Positions 24,074-38,118 of a DNA stretch of 64,000 bases are shown here, piece after piece. The notes beneath the pieces are model-generated. The model did not search any database and was not told the origin of the DNA. It saw nothing but the letters and a program-made list of their open reading frames with translations. The translations under genes were made by a program, and so were the position numbers. Source of the DNA: Octopus bimaculoides (lineage: Eukaryota); the NCBI RefSeq assembly GCF_001194135.2, contig NC_068983.1, positions 70,065,638 to 70,129,637 on the forward strand, written 5' to 3'. Position 1 is the first letter of the stretch; every line of letters begins with the position of its first letter.

Positions 24074-27000
24074 CTGTAAAATTAATGAGTGAAACATTGA
24101 TGACTTCAGAATTGTTGATCTCTATTCCAGTTATGGATTGGCAGAACAGCAAGAGCATGCAATATTTACTTATGGTCCTTTATGTTCTGATTTCAAATCC
24201 CATTGAAGTAAAATTTGCTTATCATTATAGGTTCAGTAGACTTTTTGTTTTAGTTTTTAGCCAGAAGAGAAGGCAGTGCCCATGACCCTTCAGAGAACCT
24301 CCATAACTGGTAGTAGGAGGAAGGAAGATGCCCTCAAGCTGGAGATTTGACCAAAATGCTTGCAATAGAGTGGGCTCTGTTAATGTTTGTCAAGATGCCA
24401 AGTGGAGATGTTGAACTGGACATTGGATTAAGTTTATCACTCAAAAAAGCTATAGTAGAATTTGAACTTACAATGCCAAAAAAAAAACAAAAAAAAAAAC
24501 TAGAATAAATAACACAATATATCTAATTCAACATTCTTACAGTTCCACCGATCTACTGCCTTGGACAGTAATTATTTTATTAACCCTAAAGAGATTGAAT
24601 CTGAATTAACATTGATGGGATCTGAATTCAGAGAGAGTAAGAACAATATTATAAGGCATTGTAACCAATGCTCTGACAACTATGTCAATCTATAGAACAG
24701 TTAAGTACTGAAGTTGATCTAAATTTGTACACTACAGCCTAAATGTGAATAGAATCATAATAAAAGGCAAGTTAATCATTTTTAACATCTAAAGAGTGTA
24801 TGAGGTTGTTTTCACTTGGTTGCAGTTGTAAGAACTCATTATTACTTCTAACTGAATAGATACAAATGTATCATACCATCTGTGCCATATACTATAAGAA
24901 AGGTAGCTGAGAATGATATCTACTTCATGAATTTCATTCTGAACTTCTTTTAAGGAGGTCCACTTTCATAGCATGCGAAAATGTGTAAATGAATGATGTG
25001 TGTGTGAGAGAGAGTGTTTATTTGTTGTCTTTTGTAGTAATATATTATGTTTCAAATAGTTAATATTAATGAAATAGCAGTGTACTTCAACAGTGTATTG
25101 TTTCACCTGTCAGTGAAACAGAATGATTGGGCGGAGATTTGGGCTCTACTGTAGCCTATCGCATGTTGACACAGACTAGCAGATGATTAAATTGGCCCAC
25201 TCTTTGCTTCTGTTTTATTGACTCTTGAAGGATGAAGGTTAAAGTTCACCTCAGCAGGATTTGAATGAGCTAGAACTGTACCTCAAGGCATATTGTCTGA
25301 TGCTCTAATTATTCTGTCAAGCTCTACCATCATTAATTTCATTCCGGTACAGATGGTTATAGTTCTTCATCATTCTTTATAATCAATAAAATGCAAACCA
25401 ATTCGAGAAGAACAGAAGTGATGCTATGTTGAATAATGATGGAGAAAGAATTGGTGTCTACATAGTCTACTAACTTGTAAAACGTCATAAAAATTAATAC
25501 CACCTTACATTGCCAATGTTTACTGTACTTCTGCAATATATTGTATACATTTATGTCATAATAGACATTTATGACACTATACACTGCCATTATTTACTAA
25601 ACTGTTATATAATACTTTAAACATTTATGTCAATAGACTAACATCGAAGTCACAATTGACATTTATGTTACAATATACTTTCAGTTTTTACTGAACTACT
25701 GTATAGTTCTATAAACATTTATATTTCAATATACTTTTGATGTTTAGTGAACTACTGTATAATACAATAAACATTCATGCCACAGTAGACTATAAATTTC
25801 AAAGTCATAGTTGACATTTATATTTTAATGAACTACTAAATTATACTATATTATATTTTAAACATTTATGCTCTACTACACTATCGCATAATACTATAAA
25901 CCTATATGTTACAGTACATTGTAAACATGTATGACTGAATACATTGTCAATATTCATATCACAATACACTGTTATTATTTATTGACCTTTATTAAGTATA
26001 ACTGCATAGATGAAAGAAAGTGTTTATTGAAATGGATTTATCTATTGTCTGTTTGGGTTTGAAAATGAAATATCATTATCAGGCAATTGGGTCCAATAAC
26101 AAAATATAATATATAATTTAGATCCATTTTCAAAAAATGTAAACATACAGAATCATTTAAGGGTTATTGTGTATGTGTGTGTGAAAAACTCTGTAAAACT
26201 CAGCTGTTTTGAAAACAGAAAAATCTCTTTGAAATTTCAAATGATTTACTTTAATAATATGAATTTTTGAATAAAGTATAGTCCATCTATTCTGTCTTTG
26301 ACTTTCATCTGATGTTTTCAATTCATCAAAAAAGATTTTCAGCTGCAACACATTGGTGTTACAGTTGAATATCTATTTTGTTATGATGAACTTTGTCTTT
26401 CATCTTTCCAGAGTCAGAAAAATAAAATAGAAATGTTAAGTTCATCTGAACAGCATCAAATCAAATGTTTTATAGCTGTTGCTTACATTTTCCAATCATG
26501 TAAGTTAAAGATAAGAGCAGATATACAATATGATTGACCTGAGATTACTATGTCCTCCTAAAGGTGGCACATTTGATATCTTACACTTTTGTTGAATTAC
26601 CTTAAAACCTTTATCACATCAAATATGAATACCAAATATAAGAAAAGTTTGTGTAGCTAAAATCCAACATAAAACTACACCAGTTAAATTTTTGTAAACA
26701 CTTTTACATACAAGTATAGACTGCATAGTTTTTGAAAATTTAGATATTAGCACAAAGTGGAAAACTCTATGGTTCTCTGAGTTAAGGGTGTCATAACACT
26801 CTGAGTCAGTTGTGATACACATACATAAACAAATACTATAACCCCTAGCCAACTAAAACCTTGTGAGTGGATTTGGCAGATGGAAATGGGAAGTAGCCAT
26901 TGTATGAATATATTTGTGTATGCATGTATATGTATATGTTTATACGTTTGTGTGTGTTTATGTCTCCTTATCTTGAGATTCTCTCACAAGTCACACAAGC

Positions 27001-30000
27001 AGTGTCATTCATCTCCAGTAAAATTATGTCCAATCATGGAGATATATTATGTTGGTTGGAAACAGGCAAGAATTGGCCATAAAAAGGTATCTAGCTGTAG
27101 AAAATCAGGTTTTAATGAATTCCATCTTATTCATGCAAGTAAGGATAAGTAACTAATGATAAGATTGATAATGTTTTATTTTAAAATGCAGTGACTTTCA
27201 ACATCCATCATCTCATATATTTGTAAACAACTTTAAAAAGTTTGACATTCTTGTACTCTCAAATGGAAAATCAATGCTTCTGTAAAAATGATATCTTGCC
27301 AGAGAAATTAAAATTTGGTGGTGAGTGATATAGGGATGTAACTGACAAACACTCATTAAAAGAACACTGTAAGGAATTTTTTAGGGATATTCAACACTCA
27401 AAGGAATTGAGACAAGCAGTTTAGGCATCAAATGAATAAACAGATAATTGGGCATGAGGGTTTTCTATAAAGTTGTTAGCTGCAGTATGAGAGTCTTAAT
27501 TTGTTTCTATTGAAGCAATTTTTGACATTTCACTTATATGATAAAAATTTGAGTTGATAATTCAAAATTTTTTGTTGAAAATTATTCTGAAAAGATAGAA
27601 TCATTTTCTATATTCTTGTTAAATTATTCTAATTTTCAAAATTGCATGCTCACATGTATAGATGTAATTGTATATTGGATATTTGTATCAATGTGTTTGG
27701 TTGTATAACATATATATAAGAATATGTGAGAATTTTGTGTATTAGAATTGAATAAGATAACAGAAAAGGAAGAGAAAATGACAGTATGGCAGAGGAATCT
27801 GAGATATGAGATATAATGAAGATTCAATGCATTAAATTGAAAAATGTAACAAAATAGAAATAGCAGAGAAAATTACAGAGGGAAAAAGGGGGAAAGAGTG
27901 AGAGTGAAACAGAAGGGGAATAATTAATGCAGAATACTAAGGAAAGAAAGAAAAAGAAGTTAAGCTGGGGTGAAATGATGTTTAAATAGTTGTTGTATAC
28001 TATTAACCTGTTGTATTTGATGATAAGGCTCTGTGTTGATTATAACTCATAAATTGATTGTTCATTTTCCAAACAGGGTATTATTATATTTTATAACGAA
28101 AAGAAGAAAACTTTTCAAATAAAGATATGCAGAAATATTTCCTTCTTGATTGCATGTGAACATTATGGCTTTGTTACTGATAAGCTGCATACTGTGAATG
28201 AGAGGAACAGTTATTGTTGTGAGCAAATTGATCTGTACAAGAGATTACTAAGAAAATATTTGTTTCATAAAATCTTGTGTGTTATCCCTACATTGTTGTC
28301 TGACCAGTATTAACTTCAAAGCACTGAAGGAAAAAAACAAAAAACATTTCAGTTTTTGTGATATTATGCAATGCAAAATTAGCAATAACATAACAGTCCT
28401 AATTAGGGCTGGTAGGATGAATAAGTCACTTGAATTTCATTGACTTTTACAAATAAAAAAAATGTTGTCTTTGTATTGTTATCTTTATACTACACTCATT
28501 TTCTCTTCACTTTGGAAAATACTGTTATACTTTTATGTAAAAGTTTCATTTGTCTTGAAGTCAATAGTATTTATCAGACATTTGTGAGTTCCTTTAGTAC
28601 AGAGATATACCTCTGATTCACTTGTTTTTTTATGTTTGTTATCAGTTCTTGTTCCATGTTTTGGGACCTAAAAATTGGTTGATCAGCTTTTAACTAACCA
28701 GTTTACATAAAACTAAAAAATGCAAAATAATTACCATTAACCTTTTGTGACTTTATTTAAAACAAAATTCATTGTGCATCATCAGCAACAAACAAAAGTT
28801 TCATAATGCTAATTGGGTACTTTAACACAACAATCTGCACACAATGCAACCTAACCAATCATTTCTTCACATATCTCTACAGATCAAAACTAAGATCAGT
28901 TTCCATTTATTTTTCATAAAGGCTGTTTGAATAGAAATGTTGGCAAAAGTGAATATAAGGCAAAAGTGTAAAGCTTTAATTTAAAAAAAAAATGGAGTGA
29001 TTGTTTTAAAATAATTATTTTCATTTATTTATTAAGCTTTATATTGCGATTTGAACAGTAGAACCACTGATAACAGATTTTCAGCCAGTCACTGGCTCAC
29101 TGAATTTCTAATAGCAAGCATAGCAACTGAATACCTTACTCAATGCAGAGTGAATGTCACAAGAATTTTTTGCTCTAAGAGCACAGGACTTGGCTTCATT
29201 GCTGATATTGTAAATTCTTCACCTTTGTACATAAGCAAAAGATACGCACATATGTTCTCACATGCTCATACTCCTATGTACAAACACACATATGCACACA
29301 TACATCCCCACCACTCACAATCATATACATATATGTGCCAGCTTTCCAAAGTCTCCATAAACTAAATCTCTTTTACAAATTATTGGTCAGTCTGACCAAG
29401 GTTCAACACAGTGTCATCAAAACCTTAGAACCATGTGGTTTTGAAGTAAATTACTTAATTACACAGCTATGCTTGTATTACTTATTTAGTAACCCAATAC
29501 TTAGGGTAATAGCTTTAAAAGTTCTTGCAAAAATTATAATGACAGATGTTAATTTAAATACAAATATTTTAAAAGAGATAAATTTTGAATCAAAATAATT
29601 GTGGTGTATTTTCAAGTTGGTATCAAAAAAAAAAATTAAATGACCCTAGAACTTGAATCAGCAACTTGCTCAGTGGTCCATTATGTGCTTTAACATACAG
29701 CTCGAATTCTAAAATCTTATTCCTGCTAGTAAAAACAATCACTTGTGTGTGTATATGCATCACATAGAAACTGGAACTTGAGTACACTCAAGTAATTTTC
29801 TTCAATTTGAAGCTGTGATTTATAAAATTTGATTATTAAGAGTCATGAATACAATTTCTTGAATATCTCAAGAAATAGTATTTCAATGAGAAGAAAATGA
29901 CTCTTACAGCTTCATGATAATAATTGCAAATTATATTACATGATAAAATTAAATTAATTGTATGAAACATCAATAATAAATTACTAACAATTGTAGAAAA

Positions 30001-30726
30001 ATAATGTTTGGTCTGTCTAAATTATCTGGAAAGAAAATGTTATTGAAATTCATTTTGAAGTTGAAAGATTTAAAGAAATACTTCATGCATTCATTTTCAG
30101 ATTCACCCTCATTATAAAAACAAAACAAAACAAAGTGAAAAACAACAAAAACCATAAACAAAAACAAAACAAAACAAAAGAAAATAAAAACATAGCAAAA
30201 CAAAAGAAAACAAAACCAAACAAAAATAAAAATGAAAACTTCTATCCTTTGTTGTACATTGATGAACGATAACAAAAGGAATATGGGTTTATTTTCTTGG
30301 CAATTTCAATAACAAAGAATTTTTATATGTGTAGCCAAGTTATATATTGAAATCTGAAGATAGAAAGATAAAAATGTCTCAGATGAATTAACTATCTCAT
30401 TAGCTGCTTTAGATTTACTATTAATAAAGCATCCAATTTAATTAACATTTTAAGCTTCAAGTCTCTAATCTGAAGTCTGAGCAATTTATGAAGCTTCATG
30501 AAAGTAAGTTCTATCTTATTGATGAAAATTTAATGAAATATTAACAGTGACTATTGAGCATAAAAATTAAACATCTGTAAGTAAAAAATGAAAATATATT
30601 ACATTTGATTTTTTTTTATCAAAAGAAACATCTCTTCATATTTCACCATATTATCCTCTCTAATATCAGTACAATTTATGTACTGTCATTTAATGAAAAC
30701 TTGTATATGCTGGTTCTTTTCTGTAC

Positions 30727-31110
30727 AGGCGCAGGTGTGGCTGTGTGGTAAGAAGCTTGCTTCCCAACCACATGGTTTCGGGTTCAGTCCCACTGCATGA
30801 CCATCTTGGGTAAGTGTCTTCTACCATAACCTCAGGCTGACCAAAGCCTTGTGAGTAGATTTGGTAGACAGAAAATGAAAGAAGCCCATCATATATGTAT
30901 ATGTATGTATATGTATTTATGTATGTGTGTGTCTTTGTGTCTGTGTTTGATCCCCCACCATCGCTTGACAACTAAAACTTAGTGGTTTGGCAAAAGCAAC
31001 CAAGAGAGTTAGTGCTTGGCTTAAAAAGAATAAGTCTTGGGGTCGGTTTCTTTGATTAAAGGTATTGCTCCAGCATGTCCACAGTCAAATGACTGAAATG
31101 TGTAAAAGAG
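30727..31110 (+). mobile_element. SINE family A, full length
   Basis: aggcgcaggtgtggctgtgtggtaagaagcttgcttcccaaccacatggtttcgggttcagtccc ... gtcaaatgactgaaa. Further partial copies at about 17305-17480(-), 18700-18865(-), 26850-26960(+), 48600-48780(-), 49270-49410(-) and 53720-53910(+). Confidence 0.9.
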
Positions 31111-31469
31111 TATATATATATATATATATATATATTGGTATTACTTGCTAAAATCTAGAGGAAGGAGTATTGCCTAAGACCCTTACAGCCCTGCCAAAAC
31201 CCGTAAGGTTGATACCGTTAATGTTTTTTTTAAAACTTTTTCTGGTTAACATCTGTAGGAAAAGCACAAGCAAGGGGTAGTTGCCAAATAGAATCAATTT
31301 TCAAGAGAGAAAAGACTGGGTGTAGTGATTAGTGCAGGTAAGAGGGTAATGAATGCAACAAAGGTAATAAAGGTAATAAAAAAGGATGCAACAAAGGTAA
31401 TGAAAAAAAAAACAAAAAACCATGTGGTTTATGAGTATATGAATGGTAGAGGTATAAGGCCAGCCAGCT

Positions 31470-32820
31470 CCATCTTCCATTTTACTTTTAAATTTCCATA
31501 GCCACTCTGCTTCTCTATAATGCTGAAGTTCTTTGATATAGATTTCTAAAAGTTCTTTGCTCTTTCAGCATCTGGCACATCACTTACTGGATGTTCATCA
31601 TCATATATTCAGCTGTTGGTGAAATTACTCTTCATTATTTCTCAAGAGTCTGTTCTTGGTTTGTTTCTTTGCTAATATCTAGTTCTTTTTTTTACCTGAC
31701 ACTGCTTTGACTTTTTGTCTTATCTCTTCTTTAACTACCGTTTGTATCTAATTCACTTTCTTTGGATTGTATTCTTGTGTCTTTTCTTCACCATCTTTTT
31801 TTTCTATTGTTACATTTATCCTTCCAAGATCTCTATTGAGCTGTTCAACATGGTTCTCAAGTCTTTGTTCTCACCATGCATTTTTTTAACATCAAGACTT
31901 TCCACAGCAGTAGATTCTGTGTAGTATATGAGGTTATTTAGTGGAGGCACAATGGCTCAGTGGTTAGGGCAGCGAACTCGCAGTCATAGGATCGCGGTTT
32001 CGATTCCCAGACCAGGCGTTGTGAGTGTTTATTAAGCGAAAACACCTAAAGCTGCACGAGGCTCCAGCAGGGGATGGTGGCAAACCCTGCTGTACTCTTT
32101 CACCACAACTTTCTCTCACTCTTACTTCCTGTTTCTATTGTGCCTGTAATTCAAAGGGTCAGCCTTGTCACACTGTGTGACGCTGAATATCCCTGAGAAC
32201 TACGTTAAGGGTACACGTGTCTGTGGAGTGCTCAGCCACTTGCACGTTAATTTCACGCACCGGCTGTTCCGTTGATTGGATCGACTGGAACCCTCGACGT
32301 CGTAAGCGACAGAGTGCCAACACATGAAGTCATTTAGATCTCAACTTATTTTCAATACAGATTTTTTGTATTAACAGTTCATCTTTCTAATTTACTATTT
32401 TACTTAGTTTTCCTCTTTTGATTCCTTTTAAGGTCTCTTTCTTTCATGAGTTTGTATCTCAATTAGACATTATAGTATGTTCCTTTCATCCTCTGCAACA
32501 TTCTTTCCTTTCTCAAACTATGTTTTCATGTGGGATGACTTATTACTTTCCTGGCGATTTATTGGTCCTTCTAATACCTCTTGTTCTTGGTCGATTTCTT
32601 CTTCTTCATATTCTATATAGTCATGTTTTTCATCTTCCACTGTTGTGGGAGATCTCTTCTTGTTCTAATTGGGATCACCACTGTCTTTCTCTGATTAAAT
32701 TTTTCTGGTCTTGTCTAGAAGTCTTTGTTCTGAGACAGGGAACATGATTTTCTCTATCCATATTTTATACTTCCATTCCCTGTATTCTATTTTGGTAGGC
32801 TCACTTCTGTATAACATTTC
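31470..32820 (-). mobile_element. R4/Dong-like LINE N-terminal region, decayed and split by a SINE
   Basis: Broken minus frames resemble SEQRL.DQ.R.I, PWWKRR.E..I..LR.DL.R and P.AE....FW..I....H...AEWL motifs found upstream of the RT in R4/Dong elements. Confidence 0.5.
31941..32323 (+). mobile_element. tRNA-headed SINE, family C, full length with 13-bp TSD
   Basis: A box tggctcagtggttag, B box ggtttcgattccc, CpG-rich body, tail gactggaaccctcgacgtcgtaagcgacagagtgccaac. Flanked by atgaggttattta (31928-31940) and atgaagtcattta (32324-32336). Confidence 0.85.
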
Positions 32821-32869
32821 ATCACAGTCCTATTGTTGTTTTGAGACCATTTTCTCTTAATCTTTGTCA

Positions 32870-33600
32870 CACAGTCCATTTGCTTTCAACACCCATTGCA
32901 TGGAGGACTGGGCATGCCATTACTGATGATGCACAGACATGTGCTGAGGCTGCAACATCTCCAACGATGAGCACGTGTGGTTGCTGTTTGTTGAACATAC
33001 TTTTCCGCAGCTCGTCTCCTTGACAGAGCTACAGTCCTAGATCAGTCATAGACCGAGGCAGGGTCTATGCAGTCGGGCAATGCAGTCAGTGGAAATTCCA
33101 CCTTGGAGTTCTATATAGAATTAGTGGAGGTTAAGTACGTCAATGTACTCTGAGAGGTTCTAGGCATTGAGGAGGATCAACTAGTTGGTCTCTTCTGGAG
33201 GACTTTCGGACTGGGAACTATGGATAACTTCCAGAGATTCCTGGCCTAGCAGTGCAACCGGGGAGCACTGCTGGTTTGAGATAAGCTCTACAGGCATGGG
33301 TGTGCAGTCAGTCGGGCTTGTCTGAGATGCATGTGGAGCAATGAAACCATTCTGCATGCTTTCATACAATGCCCACACTTTGCTGACTTGTGGAGCTTCA
33401 TCGAACAATTATTGTCACATGTAGGACAGATCTGGTTATCGTCCAAGTCCATTGTGAAGATTGCCCTGCCTCCTTCCTTTGGCTGGGAAGGGAGGGCAAT
33501 TTTTCTCTGTCTGGTGGCTATAGCAAAAGAGGCTGTGTGGTGGGCTTAATTGAACGGGTTAAAGACAAGTACCTTCCTCTTTGATTGCTTTCTCATTTTC
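32870..33600 (+). mobile_element. Tx1/L1-like LINE ORF2 C-terminal fragment
   Basis: DNFQRFLA*QCNRGALLV*DKLYRHG..SRACLRC..SNETILHAFIQCPHFADLW is the CCHC region typical of L1/Tx1 ORF2. A second short copy lies at about 42500-42640. Confidence 0.75.
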
Positions 33601-33631
33601 TGTAACTTTTTCTGGCATTATTCTTCTTCTT

Positions 33632-33693
<62 letters not shown>

Positions 33694-34656
33694 TGTATGT
33701 ATGCCTGTTCCCTACAAGTTCCTTCAATTCAAATAATGAGAAAATTTTCCTATTCACTTAATAGCTATCTACTATTAAGAACTAAAAATCTTTAAAATCT
33801 ATTCAACATGTTCTCAAAATCTAGCAGTTCTCTGCTCTAAAAAGATCCAATTGCTGTTTCATTCTTTTCAAACCCCTGTGTTTTCTTATCACTTTACTTT
33901 ATCAATATCTGTAACACAACCTACTGCATTTATCAATAGTAAATGCTAGTGGTATTTGAAATCCATTTTACTGAAATTGTTTTATTTATTAGATCACATA
34001 TTTAACACTATGCTAATACTTTGTACTTTTGAATTATCTCCAGTTCACCACTCAGTTCTGATTACGAGGTTTGTCTAAGTAGCTGAGTGGTTTAGATAGA
34101 ATTTGAAGAAATACAGTGTACAGAAAGTGATGCTTCTAAGTGTTTAAGCTAACACACTCGGAAAGTTGATGTATTTTTATTTTTTGAAGAAAATGTTAAC
34201 ACTTGTTACTGACAGTTAAAAGAAAGAAGTATGGAAGTAATTAACAGTCTTAACAGTGAGAAAAAGAGAGACTTCATGTGGTTGCTTGATTGAACTAGAA
34301 ATAATAGCCAAATTTACCTCATTGAACCTCATCATATTAAATGCGAAAGAACATAAGCAAAGTAACCAGTAGGGGAACAGTTAATAATAGATGGAGGATA
34401 TATCTAGTATGAACAACCAATGGAATGAGAACAGTTAATGCCATGGATTTTATAAAAGGTTAAATTTGAAATCCTAAGAACATTTCTGAATACTAGAGGT
34501 AGGCTGGTTGAATCGTTGTGACTATAACAAACAATAGGAAAACACTTGTCTGAATATGTTTGTATGTAATAATGATAATTCATCTCTCAAATGCTGACAA
34601 AATCTTCATCTTTCAATCTTTATGCATATACACATGTAACTAGATACACATGCATT

Positions 34657-34706
<50 letters not shown>

Positions 34707-35849
34707 ATAAAAGTAAACAGTAGGTAGGAATACCATGTGATGTAGAAAGTGTAAACTATGGATGCACAGGAGAAGCAGTAGGATTCCAGGCTATCTGATG
34801 GAAGAAAAGGACTTTGTATATAGCAAATTCAGTAGAGTAGTTGGAAGTTTGAATGCCCTTAAAGTAGATTCTTTTATGTTTTTTAGAGGTATAAAAGTAT
34901 TTGATATCATTTGATAAGTAGGTGACCAAATTAGCTGTGGAAGATGGTGTTCAGAATGCATAGTAACCTGAATGAAAATAGGGTTGGATAAAAGTTCAGA
35001 TAGCTATTATCTTTAATGATAATGAAGAGTTTCTCTGAGAGAAGAGCAGATTGTTTGAACACTATGTACATTGCAATGTTGTATGGTAGTGAAACTTAAA
35101 CATTGAATTTGGATATACAGAAGCTTGACAAAAATGAGGTGGGCATGTTCTGTTAGATATGTAATGTTAGTGTCCATGAACAACTACCTCCAAAAGAGTT
35201 GATAAGAAAATTTGGTGTAAGAGGAACCAAATTGAGTATGGTATTAAAGACATGTGCCAAATCTGCTACAAGAAGACGCAAACCGACCATAATGTGACAT
35301 AGATGCCAAAATAAGAGGATGAGACCTGAACCACCTATTACAATGTTTAACAGTAGAAACTGTGGAAGAATATAACCAAGGAATACATGGGGTAAATGGT
35401 AAAAGTTGATTTCAAGAGGTTGAACCTTGCAGAGCAGCTAACAAAAGATTGCAACACATCTTGAGATGCTGTGCTAAACCTATGCATCTAACCTATGCAA
35501 GCATGGAAAAATGGTTGTAAAATAATGATGATGATGATGATATATATATGTATATATATACACACACCAAAGAAATGCAATATCTTAGTCCTCAGCAGTA
35601 ATTAGGAACAATAAATTTAATGAGAATAAACACAGAAATAAATAGAATTAAATTGCTATTATGTAATTATTTATTATAGAAACTAGTTGTAGTGACGTCC
35701 AATATCTTCTGTGTATAACAGAGTTGATTTAATGAATGCTGCATGTCTAAGCAATATTGTCTGATTATCAATGCTTATTAGTTATATCTGTTAGATATTT
35801 TAGATATTCAAATGACTAATAATAATAATGATAATTATAATAACAATAG

Positions 35850-36220
35850 TTTCAAAGTTTGGCATAGGGCCAGCAATTTGAAAGGGAAGAGTAAATTGAT
35901 TGCACTGGCCCCGGTGGTCAAGTGGTGTCTTTTTTACTGACTCCAAAAGAATGAAAGGCAAAATTGACCTCTGTGAATTTGGACTTAGAGCGTAAAGATG
36001 GACAAAATGCTGTTAAGCATCTTGCCCAGTATGATGATAATTTCTGCCAGCTCACTGCTTTTATTATGATAATAATAATCCTTTCTACTAAAGGCACAAT
36101 GCCTGCAATTTTGGGGGAGGGGACTAGTCGATTACATTGACCCTAGTACTCAACTGGTACTTGATTTCTCAACTCCAAAAGGATGAAAGGCAAAGTCAAT
36201 CCCAGCAGCATTTGAACTTA
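35850..36220 (-). mobile_element. Two tandem SINE family B copies in (AAT)n-rich flanks
   Basis: Two repeats of tttggcatagggccagcaatt / aaggcacaatgcctgcaatttt ...gaaaggcaaa(a)ttgacc, separated by ttattatgataataataat. Confidence 0.75.
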
Positions 36221-36368
36221 AAATGTTGTAAATCAGAAAATTCTAGATCATTTCAATATGGACCATTTTATCAAAATTACTCAAGAATCAACTTATAGTG
36301 ATTAAGAAGTTCATTGTGTGTGTGTGTGTGTGCATGTGTGTGTGTGTGATTGTGTGTTTGTGTGTGTA

Positions 36369-36404
<36 letters not shown>

Positions 36405-37040
36405 CTTCTAATATAAGGATAAAATTTTATTAAAATTTTATCAGTGGCCAGCATATGAAAAATACCTTTTAAGGTGAAAATTATACAATTATAAATAAGG
36501 GCAAAAAGAAAAAATTTTCTTTGCCAATATATAATTGTTATAATTTTTTTTTCTTTGCTTGTTATGTATTCATAGGTGTTCTCTGTTTTATAAAAATGCC
36601 TTTGGGGAAATGATATCCATGACCCATTTTTAATATTCCATTGCAGTGAGATTTCTTAATAAGCATTAATTCTATGACATTACTTTAACACTTCCTTTCC
36701 TACTTCATATAAATTAGACATCAAGATGTGGAATTTTATGTTTAATTACGATAACTTATGACAAAAAAAAACATGTAAAAAAAAAAAAATCAATGATTTG
36801 TATGATACCTTCATTTAATTTATTTTATATTTATATCAGTATTTTCCATTTATCATTCATCCATAACTGAAGGTTCCAATCTGCTGGAACATGCATGTGT
36901 GTGTGTATAAGTGTATATGTGTGTGTGTGAGTATGTCTGTATTTATGTGTGTGTACTTATATAGGTGCAGGCATGGATGTGTGTTTAAGAAGTTCATTGT
37001 GTGTACACGCACACACACACACACACACGCACACACATAC

Positions 37041-37084
<44 letters not shown>

Positions 37085-37397
37085 CTTACTTCCTCCCTTT
37101 TAAATTTTCTCTGTCTATATATTTATACTTAGATATTCATCTGAAAGTCTTCAGTCTTTGCTTTCTCTCATTTTGCATATATACATATATACGTATTTTG
37201 TATATCAAACCCAAGCTGTTATATTTGATTTGTTTATCCACATAATTGCCTCCATATCTGTTCAACTTGATTCCTTTCATAGCCATTCTTTATCCCATGG
37301 AATTGGTCTCTCATAAAGGCATTGAGGCCTAAGTTTGAATCATTTGTGTGCTACTAAGTGTCTTCTATATTTAGAACCTCCAGATCTCATCTATTGG

Positions 37398-37477
<80 letters not shown>

Positions 37478-37479
<2 letters not shown>

Positions 37480-37722
37480 TGGTGTTGCCATCCGGTTTCA
37501 CCAGTCCTCAGTCAAATCGTCCAACCCATGCTAGCATGGAAAGCGGACGTTAAACGATGATGGGTTGGACGATTTGACTGAGGATTGGTGAACCAGATGG
37601 CTACACCAGGCTCCAATTTGATTTGGCAGAGTTTCTACAGCTGAATGCCCTTCCTAACGCCAACCACTCCGAGAGTGTAGTGGGTACTTTTACTTGCCAC
37701 CGGCACGAAGGCCAGTCAGACG

Positions 37723-37726
<4 letters not shown>
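37478..37726. mobile_element. Tail-to-tail pair of family D LINE 3' ends forming a foldback inside a (TA)n tract
   Basis: Plus copy 37478-37559 is joined to minus copy 37560-37726; (TA)n at 37399-37477 and 37727-37763. Confidence 0.85.
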
Positions 37727-37773
<47 letters not shown>

Positions 37774-38118
37774 ATATATATAATCAACAGATATATTATA
37801 TATATATATATATATTTTTGTATATGTCTACCTATGTGTTTGAGTGAGTTTGTTGTTCACTGACTGGTAACAAAAGACTTTTTCAAATGGTGTCATTTGT
37901 TTTCAGTTTTCTTAACTATGTCTGAACTTATCATTGTTTTGTAGGCTGGGGAATAATTTCCTTACTCAGAAAAAGTTGAGGGTTTGCCTCAGGAAAGGTA
38001 TCTGACCATAGAAATTCTGCACCAACAACATAGAAAATAGACATTAAAATAATGATGACAACAATGATGATGATGATGGTGATGATGATGATTATTATGA
38101 TATATGAGTTTTATTAGC

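Noticed and set aside
29101-29225. Minus frame GEEFTISAMKPSPVLLEQKILVTFTLH*VRYSVAMLAIRNS ending at a GTGAGC donor; considered UGA recoding by editing or selenocysteine
   Set aside because: No SECIS, no homology and no evidence the segment is an exon; an in-frame stop is the default expectation.
31943-32010. tRNA-like sequence (also the heads of SINE families A, B and E)
   Set aside because: A and B boxes are present but continue into SINE bodies without a complete acceptor stem; these are SINE heads, not tRNA genes.
36481-36543. Imperfect ~30-bp AT-rich hairpin
   Set aside because: Several mismatches and indels in very AT-rich sequence; compatible with chance or a repeat remnant.
37966-38016. 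Apparent minus exon with a GTAAGG donor
   Set aside because: The sequence looks like a decayed repeat segment related to the LINE tail (gatacctttcctgaggcaaacc), so the splice match is likely incidental.
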